A DNA stretch of 13,700 nt from Candidatus Sigynarchaeum calidifontis (GTDB lineage Archaea; Asgardarchaeota; Lokiarchaeia; Sigyniarchaeales; Sigyniarchaeaceae). Below, one piece after another: positions 1-6,291 of the stretch; the stretch's first letter is position 1; each line of letters starts with the position of its first letter. Made by a program: the position numbers and the translations under genes. The DNA lies in contig JAUQYZ020000174.1 of assembly GCA_030587475.2 (NCBI GenBank), positions 1-13,700 on the forward strand, given 5' to 3'. The notes below the pieces were generated by a model. The model worked only from the letters and a program-made list of their open reading frames with translations, had not been told where the DNA came from and did not search any database.

Positions 1-436
1 CCTCCTTCACGCCCAATTTGATGTAACCCGGTATTTTTTTGGTCAGGTCATCCTCGTGATTGGACGGGGACAAAATCTCGAAAACGACGGTCGCCGGTCC
101 ATCCAGATAAGTCTCTTTTAAACGATCAGCCATCCCTCTTTCGATAAACATGATATCCGGTTCCGGTGCCAACGAATCTGAAAGTCGCATGGTGAAGCGA
201 GACCCGACAACGATGCCTAACCCATTTTGCTGGGTGTAGAGATCGAGGATGTTCAAGATGAACTTGAAGATCAATTCGTGTTCAAGTGATGCGGGAGAAT
301 GGATAACTAACACCCCGTCGATGAGTTCACAGTCGATGTCTTCGTCAGCATATTCCATGTAACGAGAGAAATTGAAACCGGGAATATATACCGTGAAAGG
401 TTCGGGGAGAGGTTTGTTGTTGTAGGTTATCACCAT
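1..436 (-). CDS. Uma2/DUF820 family PD-(D/E)XK putative endonuclease, 3'-truncated by window edge
   Basis: Not in the ORF track because it has no stop inside the window. Manual translation from ATG at 436: MVITYNNKPLPEPFTVYIPGFNFSRYMEYADEDIDCELIDGVLVIHSPASLEHELIFKFILNILDLYTQQNGLGIVVGSRFTMRLSDSLAPEPDIMFIERGMADRLKETYLDGPATVVFEILSPSNHEDDLTKKIPGYIKLGVKE. It shows the family motifs ELIDG..SP...H, PEPD and EILSPS..D...K...Y...GV.E. Confidence 0.9.
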   Translation of the reverse strand, partial: MVITYNNKPLPEPFTVYIPGFNFSRYMEYADEDIDCELIDGVLVIHSPASLEHELIFKFILNILDLYTQQNGLGIVVGSRFTMRLSDSLAPEPDIMFIERGMADRLKETYLDGPATVVFEILSPSNHEDDLTKKIPGYIKLGVKE

Positions 437-567
437 TCACGGTTCACCAAAAATGAATATGCAAAAACGCCCTATTAACCTATATCTGCAAACGTGCCAT
501 TTAGAGGCAAATCGACGACCCTTGGAATGCATCAGTTTTAAGGAACGTGTCGATGAGTTTTTTGAAT

Positions 568-625
568 CGAAAGCATTATAATTTTTCAAGTGGTGACTTG
601 TCATAAAGTAATGCGATTTATCACA
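568..625 (+). promoter_or_regulatory. Putative archaeal BRE/TATA promoter for mvhD with an adjacent imperfect inverted repeat (candidate operator)
   Basis: Purine-rich CGAAAGCA followed by TTATAATT (576-583), then TGTCATAAA-N9-TTTATCACA (599-625, 8/9 complementary) ending 17 nt before ATG 642. Confidence 0.45.
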
Positions 626-641
626 CGCAGAGAAGATCAAG

Positions 642-1109
642 ATGGCAGATGCAGCTGAACACGGCGCGGCGCCGGCTGAAGGGAAAGACGAAGAATGGAG
701 CCCCTACATCCTGGGTATCTTCTGCAATTGGTGTTCGTATGCAGGGGCAGATGGAGCGGGAACTGCGCGTATGCAGCGCCCCGCGGCGCTCCGGATCGTC
801 CGGGTAATGTGCAGCGGGCGCGTTGAACCAGAAATGGTGTTTCGTGGCTTGAAAAACGGCGCGGATGGCGTCATCGTGAGCACGTGCCACGCGGGCGACT
901 GCCACTACGTTGCCGGCAACTACAAGACCTTCCGCAAGGCGCCCCTCATCTCGAAGTTCCTCGAGCAGATGGGTATCAACCCGAAGCGCTTCAAGCTCAC
1001 GAACGTGTCGGCGAGCGAGGGTGCCGAGCTCACCGAGATCATAAATGAATACGTCGAGGAATTGCGGGAAATCGGCCCCAGCCCGTTCAAGCATTCCGAG
1101 TCGAAATGA
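642..1109 (+). CDS. mvhD: Methyl-viologen-reducing hydrogenase delta subunit (MvhD/FlpD family, [2Fe-2S])
   Basis: Family motifs FCNWCSYAGADGAG, IVRVMCSGRV, GADGV...CHAGDCHY..GN, GINPKRF...VSASEG and C-terminal GPSP. Confidence 0.95.
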   Translation: MADAAEHGAAPAEGKDEEWSPYILGIFCNWCSYAGADGAGTARMQRPAALRIVRVMCSGRVEPEMVFRGLKNGADGVIVSTCHAGDCHYVAGNYKTFRKAPLISKFLEQMGINPKRFKLTNVSASEGAELTEIINEYVEELREIGPSPFKHSESK

Positions 1110-1127
1110 TTTTGATTAATTCCCAAC

Positions 1128-1403
1128 ATGGTGTCTATCATGGCAGCAGCTCAAGCCGAAACCCAGAAATCGTACCAGATCAAGATCAATTACCACAAAT
1201 GCGTCGCTTGCGGTGATTGCGTGACGGCATGCCCCGTCAACCTGGACCAGCGTCGCCTCAAGGGATATCTCGACGAGTCCAACGCGGTCATCTTGATCAA
1301 GAATTCCAACGTGCGCATCATCAACGAAAACTCGTGTACAGGCTGTGGCACGTGCATACCCGCGTGCCCGGTCAAGGCAATAGACATCGTCATGCGCCCT
1401 TAG
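1128..1403 (+). CDS. fwdG: 2x[4Fe-4S] ferredoxin, formylmethanofuran dehydrogenase subunit G-like (alternative start ATG 1140)
   Basis: CVACGDCVTACPVN and CTGCGTCIPACPVKAI. The 'CPVN' plus a long insert followed by 'VILIKNSNVRIINENSC' matches the FwdG pattern, and fwdF-like and fwdC genes lie nearby. Confidence 0.75.
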   Translation: MVSIMAAAQAETQKSYQIKINYHKCVACGDCVTACPVNLDQRRLKGYLDESNAVILIKNSNVRIINENSCTGCGTCIPACPVKAIDIVMRP

Positions 1404-1624
1404 GTGCATGCACTCTTTTTCCACGATCTCCAACCCTTTGTCACTCGATCCTTGCTCGTCATCTACGCGATAGTTAGCACCGCATGCAACGTCATCATGG
1501 CAATGCTGTTCATGATGCGTAACCGCCGAAAACGTGGACCCGATGGTCTCGATGCAAGGAACATGAAGGGACCGGCCATTTCACCAACTGGGTAGTTGAT
1601 GAAAAGCCATCTGGACCCCAGGTG

Positions 1625-1633
1625 AAAAAAAAA
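1625..1633 (-). terminator. Oligo-T (T9 on minus strand) archaeal-type terminator of the RING/LRR gene
   Basis: A9 run on + at 1625-1633, 7 nt downstream of the TGA stop at 1641-1643. Confidence 0.55.
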
Positions 1634-1640
1634 GCTTATA

Positions 1641-2801
1641 TCAGAACGAGATCCCCGACCAGCCCCGCTTCAGCGGTTCGGGGAGGCTGTTCTGGTACTG
1701 GCGCGCCTTGTCCGAGTAGGACGCCGTGTCCGACACGACCGCCTTCAAGAAGCCAAGCCCCTTCTCCTTCATGCTCTTCTTCGGATAAGCCGCCGGGTTG
1801 TTCTCCTCGAGTCTCGCCTTGAGCTTCCCCCACGTCATGAGCGCGTTCTGCTCGTGGTCCATGTGCACGAGCTTGATGTTCGGTAAATTCTCCAGCCCGG
1901 GCGGGATGGCGGGCTTGCCCGACACGTGAATGCGCGAGATATCGAGTTCCTCGAGGGAGCTCAACTGGCCGATGTTTTTCGGGGGCTGGTATGGCCTGTC
2001 GGTGTTCCGCGGGAACTGGATCCCGCTGATGTTCAGTTTCTTGAGATTCGTGAGCCGCGTGATGTGCTGGTCGAGGAACGTGGGATCGAGTTCGACGTGC
2101 GAGATGTTGAGCTCCTCCAGCTTGGACAAGCTGCAGATGGCCGCGATCATGTCGTTCTTGAGCACCATCGGGTACGGGGCGCGTGCCTTGCTGAGGAACG
2201 CCAGCCGCTTGAGCCCCGGCAGTGCATCGAGAGGCGCGAGCGACACGACCAACGAGTACCCGCGTAGGCCGAGCGCTTCCAACGTCGATATCCGGGCGAT
2301 GGAGTCGATCAAGGGAAATTTCTCGGACTGTTGCTCCGGGTTGAGATAGAGTTCCACGACATCCCCGTCCCGCTGGACGAACGTGTTGAGCTTGCTCGCC
2401 CCGGGCTCTTGCTGCTTGATTTCCGCCTTTATCGCGTCCTCGATCTCGCGGAGGGCGGACACGTGCGCGGGCGGCAGCGGCACGCCCTGGTGCGCGCCAT
2501 CCCCGTCGGCCTTCCTCTTTTCCTCTCGCTGGTCCTTCTTCTTGTCGTAGATCTGCCATGCCGGCGTCGCCGTCACGACCTTGCTGGTGCTCGGCTGCGT
2601 CTTCTGGGCAGCGCCGCTCATCACTTGCCATCTCGCGTTTGCAGGCCCCGCGCCGCAGCCGGGGCACTTGTTGTTCGTCCAGGTCGGCACGCACCGCTCG
2701 CAGAGCTGGTAGCCCGACCCGCAAGCCGAGCACACGACGTGTTCCGTGATGGAAAAGCTGTTCTGCAGGCCACATCGCGCGCATTTTTTCACGGTTGACA
2801 T
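1641..2801 (-). CDS. Leucine-rich repeat protein with N-terminal 8-Cys (C4C4 RING-like) zinc finger
   Basis: ATG 2801 (MSTVKK; an upstream GTG at 2813 is also possible). N-terminus is CxxC-x13-CxxC-x6-CxxC-x8-CxxC, then a charged linker and a cap (LPPAHVSALREIEDAI...FVQRDGDVVELYL). About six LRRs follow: ISTLEALGLRG, LPGLKRLAFLS, LSKLEELNISH, LTNLKKLNISG, LSSLEELDISR, LPNIKLVHMD. Confidence 0.85.
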   Translation of the reverse strand: MSTVKKCARCGLQNSFSITEHVVCSACGSGYQLCERCVPTWTNNKCPGCGAGPANARWQVMSGAAQKTQPSTSKVVTATPAWQIYDKKKDQREEKRKADGDGAHQGVPLPPAHVSALREIEDAIKAEIKQQEPGASKLNTFVQRDGDVVELYLNPEQQSEKFPLIDSIARISTLEALGLRGYSLVVSLAPLDALPGLKRLAFLSKARAPYPMVLKNDMIAAICSLSKLEELNISHVELDPTFLDQHITRLTNLKKLNISGIQFPRNTDRPYQPPKNIGQLSSLEELDISRIHVSGKPAIPPGLENLPNIKLVHMDHEQNALMTWGKLKARLEENNPAAYPKKSMKEKGLGFLKAVVSDTASYSDKARQYQNSLPEPLKRGWSGISF

Positions 2802-3214
2802 GATTCTTCCCACTCTTTGCTTGAACCGCCTTGCAACCCGTAATAATAGAGGGGCGGTTTAAACTCGCCGCGTGAAAATATAAGGCTTTCCAAGGACGAT
2901 ACACGGGAGAAATGGCCACGGCACTCGCTTGTTCAGAAAATCTCGCTGGAGACGGGCGCGTTTCAGACGCGAAGATCTCGATTGGAACACGATGAGGGTG
3001 GATGTTCCCGGATCGACCATGGAACCGCTCGATCTGGCCGGTTTTCGATCATCCAACACCCTCGCGAGTCTGGTAGAAGACAAGTACCCGAGTGGAGCGA
3101 GCTCCTTTCCTTTTCAATCGTTGGTTCTTTTCTGAAGACGAAGCCTATTAAAATGTAGAATCCTCTTATAGAATAGGAATTGGTACGCGACGCACTTGGA
3201 GGCCAGCACCCACC

Positions 3215-3925
3215 ATGTTTCCCAGATTACAGCGCGTGGTCACCGACACGGCACAGATAGCCGAGAAAAAGTTCCTGGTCAAGAAGCTCAAGCTCGTGGT
3301 CGACCGGGATCGCTGCATCAACTGTGCGACATGCATGCTATCTTGCCCGAATGAAGTCATCAAGGCGGGCGCGCCGTGGCACACGACCTCGGTCACCCTC
3401 GATCCAGAGAAATGTTCCTACTGCGGGGTCTGCCAATACATGTGCCCGACCCGCGCGATCCAGCTCTACATTGATGACGAGCCCGTGAAGAACGAGGACC
3501 TCGTTCTCGTGCAGAAAAAGGCCTTGCCCGAGCTCATCGGCCCGGAAGTGGTTTGCACGAACAAGCCGGCCGGGAAGGATGGCAAGCCGATCATGGCCAA
3601 GCATTACATGGACGGCCACCTTAAATACGACAAGACCATCTGCCAGACCGGCTGCCGGACATGCACGGTCACGTGTCCCACGAAGGCCCTCTACTTCCGC
3701 AGGGGAAAGGCGTGGGAAGCAGGCGAGGTCATGGAGTTCGACCGCACGAAATGTATATACTGCGGTGGCTGCGCGTTCGTGTGCCCCGTTGCCGCCATCG
3801 ACATCGAACGCACAGCGGTCAACCACGGCAAGGAATTCAACGACCCGTTCTGGCCGAAACTCAAGCAGCGCCTCATGGATTTCCGGTCGTTCGTCAAGAA
3901 GGACCAACAACAGCGGAAAGCTTGA
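3215..3925 (+). CDS. fwdF: 4x[4Fe-4S] polyferredoxin, FwdF/FmdF-like (copy 1)
   Basis: Four cluster motifs: CINCATCMLSCP, CSYCGVCQYMCP, CQTGCRTCTVTCP, CIYCGGCAFVCP. The MFP...KKFL...L..D..C N-terminus and 'LYIDDE...P.L' resemble FwdF/FmdF. It is paralogous to 4613-5299, which abuts fwdC. The symbol is tentative. Confidence 0.75.
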   Translation: MFPRLQRVVTDTAQIAEKKFLVKKLKLVVDRDRCINCATCMLSCPNEVIKAGAPWHTTSVTLDPEKCSYCGVCQYMCPTRAIQLYIDDEPVKNEDLVLVQKKALPELIGPEVVCTNKPAGKDGKPIMAKHYMDGHLKYDKTICQTGCRTCTVTCPTKALYFRRGKAWEAGEVMEFDRTKCIYCGGCAFVCPVAAIDIERTAVNHGKEFNDPFWPKLKQRLMDFRSFVKKDQQQRKA

Positions 3926-3995
3926 ATGTATCTTGAATTTTCATTCTCGTGTAAGATATCGGGATTTCTTTTATTCGGGACGAAGATACGATGGC

Positions 3996-4010
3996 ATAAA
4001 ACTTAATAAA
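3996..4010 (+). promoter_or_regulatory. Putative BRE/TATA promoter of hicB (likely leaderless transcript)
   Basis: A-rich ATAAAAC followed by TTAATAAA (4003-4010), 22 nt before ATG 4033, consistent with archaeal TATA-to-start spacing. Confidence 0.5.
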
Positions 4011-4032
4011 CGCTTTTTGGTATGAAACGTCC

Positions 4033-4272
4033 ATGAGCCGAAAAATTTACGATTATAAAGTATTCTTAGAAAAAGACCCGGACGGGGGATACGTCGTCGT
4101 TTGCCCTTCGTTTCAAGGCTGTTATAGTGAAGGTGACACGGTCGAGGAGGCCCTAGAGAACATCAAGGAAGCGATCGAGCTTTGCATAGAAGATCTGGTA
4201 AAATCCGGTGAGCCTATTCCTGAACCAAGCCATACCTTCATTGGAAACGTGGTCATTGTCCATGACACCTAA
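4033..4272 (+). CDS. hicB: HicB family antitoxin (short form without DNA-binding domain)
   Basis: YKVFLEKDPDGGYVVVCPSFQGCYSEGDTVEEALENIKEAIELCIE..GEPIP is the classic HicB/UPF0150 N-terminal domain. It overlaps hicA by 11 nt. Confidence 0.92.
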   Translation: MSRKIYDYKVFLEKDPDGGYVVVCPSFQGCYSEGDTVEEALENIKEAIELCIEDLVKSGEPIPEPSHTFIGNVVIVHDT

Positions 4273-4492
4273 ATTGCCGCCGGTTTCTGGCGACCAGGCA
4301 ATCAAAGTGTTCTTAAAATTGGGATATGAAACAGTGCACCAGAAAGGGAGCCACGTTCGCTTGAAGCATCCATCGGATGTCCAACGACGGCCACTCACGG
4401 TTCCATTACACAAGGAGTTGAAGATCGGACTGCTTCGGAGATTGTTGAACGACGCGAACCTATCACACGACGAGTTTCTTGGATTGCTTTAA
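4262..4492 (+). CDS. hicA: HicA family mRNA interferase toxin
   Basis: Start reassigned to ATG 4262: MTPKLPPVSGDQAIKVFLKLGYETVHQKGSHVRLKH...TVPLHKELKIGLLRRLL..ANLS.DEF. It has the HicA GSH catalytic-His motif and VP.H..L..G.L motif. Confidence 0.92.
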   Translation: MTPKLPPVSGDQAIKVFLKLGYETVHQKGSHVRLKHPSDVQRRPLTVPLHKELKIGLLRRLLNDANLSHDEFLGLL

Positions 4493-4612
4493 GACTTTCC
4501 GAACAGAATGTCTCCGACCCCGGGTATTGCCCTCATGACTGATAGAATCCCGAATAAAGGTACAAAAACTCTCCCGCGTAAGTATCCATATTACTTTCGA
4601 GATCGATCGAAC

Positions 4613-5299
4613 ATGTTCCCACGCCTTGACCACCAGATCTCCGGCGACAAGCAAGTAGCGACAAAGAAGTTTCTCGTGCGCAACGTGCGGCTCGAACTGG
4701 ACAAGGATAATTGCAGGAATTGCGGCACGTGCTTGAATGCGTGCCCGAACGATGTCATCAAGAAAGGTGCCCCCGGTGCTTCTGTCAAGAAGCCGGGCAA
4801 GAACCAGATCATGGCCGGCGTCATGCTCGATCCCCGCAAGTGCTCGTATTGCGGCGTGTGTTCCTACTTGTGCCCCTACGATGCGCTGCACCTCTACATC
4901 GACGGTGAGAAGGTCGCCCCGGCGGGCCTCCAGCTCGTCCAGAAGGAGGCGCTGCCCAAGCTGGTCGTGAAAGAAGTGGCACTCAAGGATGGCAAGAAAG
5001 GGCGGCACTTCATGGACGGCCACCTCGAGTACGCAGAAGAGGCGTGCATGTCCGGCTGCCGAACGTGCGTCGAGATCTGCCCCACGGGTGCCTTGAAATT
5101 CGAGAAAAAGGTGGGCTGGGAAAAGGAAAAATTTGTCATCGACCGTGACAAGTGCATCTACTGCGGCGGTTGCGCGTTCTCTTGCCCGACCGGCGCGATC
5201 AAGATCTTCAGGGAGAAGATCAACCACGAGGGCAAGTTCCAAGACCCGTTCTGGCCCAACATCGTGAAGCGGCTCGTTGACTACCACGGCAAGCAATGA
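4613..5299 (+). CDS. fwdF: 4x[4Fe-4S] polyferredoxin, FwdF/FmdF-like (copy 2)
   Basis: Start reassigned to ATG 4613 (MFPRL, identical to the start of copy 1). Motifs CRNCGTCLNACP, CSYCGVCSYLCP, CMSGCRTCVEICP, CIYCGGCAFSCP. Directly upstream of fwdC. The symbol is tentative. Confidence 0.78.
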   Translation: MFPRLDHQISGDKQVATKKFLVRNVRLELDKDNCRNCGTCLNACPNDVIKKGAPGASVKKPGKNQIMAGVMLDPRKCSYCGVCSYLCPYDALHLYIDGEKVAPAGLQLVQKEALPKLVVKEVALKDGKKGRHFMDGHLEYAEEACMSGCRTCVEICPTGALKFEKKVGWEKEKFVIDRDKCIYCGGCAFSCPTGAIKIFREKINHEGKFQDPFWPNIVKRLVDYHGKQ

Positions 5300-5328
5300 C
5301 TGCGCGATCCTCTGACATGGTGATTTCG

Positions 5329-6291
5329 ATGGTCGAAACGATAACGTTCAAGCTCAAGAAAACGACAGAATTGCCGCTGGAGGTCGAGGCCATCTGCCCC
5401 GACAAGCTCGCGGGAAAGAAAAACGACGAGATCAAGAAGATGCTCGCTTACGAGGGCAAGGCCACGCACGAGCTCGGCTCGGTTTTCGATATTTCCGGGA
5501 AAGCCGGTGAGAAGGCTGCCGACACGAAGGTCGTCGTGCAAGGATCGACCATGAAACTGCGGCGCATCGGCGAGGCCATGACCGCGGGCGAGGTCGAGAT
5601 CTTCGGCGACGCGGGCATGCACGTGGGCGACATGATGAAGGGCGGCAAGATCGTCGTCCACGGCAACGCGGATCACTACGCGGCCAGCATGATGGAGGGC
5701 GGCGAGCTCTGGATCGAGGGCAATGCAGGCGATTACCTCGGCGCCGCGTATCGCGGCGAGTGGCGCGGCATGAAAGGCGGTAAAATCTTCGTCGACGGCA
5801 ATGCCGGCTTCGAGATCGGCGCGTGGATGCGCGGTACCAAGGCGTCGCAAGACAAGGGCGAGCCGCTCATCCACGTGAAAGGCAATGTCCAGCTCCACGC
5901 CGGGCACCACAACCACGGCGGCTTCATGATCATCGAGGGCGACGCGGAAGGAAACGTGGGCAGCGAGATGGGCCGGGGCGAGATCATCGTGCTCGGCAAG
6001 ACCGAGCCGCTCGCGTCGTTCAGCAAGGATGCCGTGGAGGCTCCTGAGCTCGCCGCGCTGAAGATAAAAGGGCCATTCGTCACGTTCACGGGCGACAACG
6101 CCATCGGCGGCAAGGGCAAGCTCTACTTGAAAGCGCCGGGCGCGAAGGCCATCACGATCGACCGGAAAGCCCTTTGCGCGATCAAGCCCGCTCCTGCCGA
6201 GACAAAACCCGCGGCATCCGCGGCGAAACCAGGAGAAAGCCCCGTTTCCAAGGAAAAAGCCATCGCGGAGAAGAAGCCCGGGAAGAAATGA
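5329..6291 (+). CDS. fwdC: Formylmethanofuran dehydrogenase subunit C (GXGXG beta-helix) with Lys/Ala/Pro-rich C-terminal tail
   Basis: ITFKLK...LPLEVEAICPD..AG N-terminus, repeated G..G...G..M.GG.I.V.GNA units and the hallmark GAAYRGEWRGMKGG. Start ATG 5329 is preceded by SD-like GGTGA (5319-5323); alternative starts are 5296 and 5317. Confidence 0.93.
   Translation: MVETITFKLKKTTELPLEVEAICPDKLAGKKNDEIKKMLAYEGKATHELGSVFDISGKAGEKAADTKVVVQGSTMKLRRIGEAMTAGEVEIFGDAGMHVGDMMKGGKIVVHGNADHYAASMMEGGELWIEGNAGDYLGAAYRGEWRGMKGGKIFVDGNAGFEIGAWMRGTKASQDKGEPLIHVKGNVQLHAGHHNHGGFMIIEGDAEGNVGSEMGRGEIIVLGKTEPLASFSKDAVEAPELAALKIKGPFVTFTGDNAIGGKGKLYLKAPGAKAITIDRKALCAIKPAPAETKPAASAAKPGESPVSKEKAIAEKKPGKK

Larger units (their letters stand above)
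3970..4558. repeat. 11-bp perfect inverted repeat (TTTATTCGGGA 3970-3980 / TCCCGAATAAA 4548-4558) bracketing the hicBA cassette
   Basis: Read directly; the two arms are exact reverse complements. Confidence 0.6.

Noticed and set aside
1636-2919. 427-aa minus-strand ORF overlapping the RING/LRR gene in another frame
   Set aside because: Arg/Ala/Gly-rich with no motifs; a typical frame-shadow of a GC3-biased real gene.
2990-3065. SECIS-like interpretation of the intergenic hairpin
   Set aside because: No canonical AUGA/GA quartet with a correctly spaced apical AA, and no neighbouring gene with an in-frame TGA at a Cys position.
4208-4261. Longer GTG-started HicA
   Set aside because: It lies inside hicB; HicA homology starts at MTPKLP (ATG 4262).
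4508-4612. N-terminal extension of polyferredoxin copy 2 given by the ORF track
   Set aside because: The paralog begins at MFPRL, which matches ATG 4613; the upstream part is AT-rich intergenic-like sequence containing the inverted-repeat arm.
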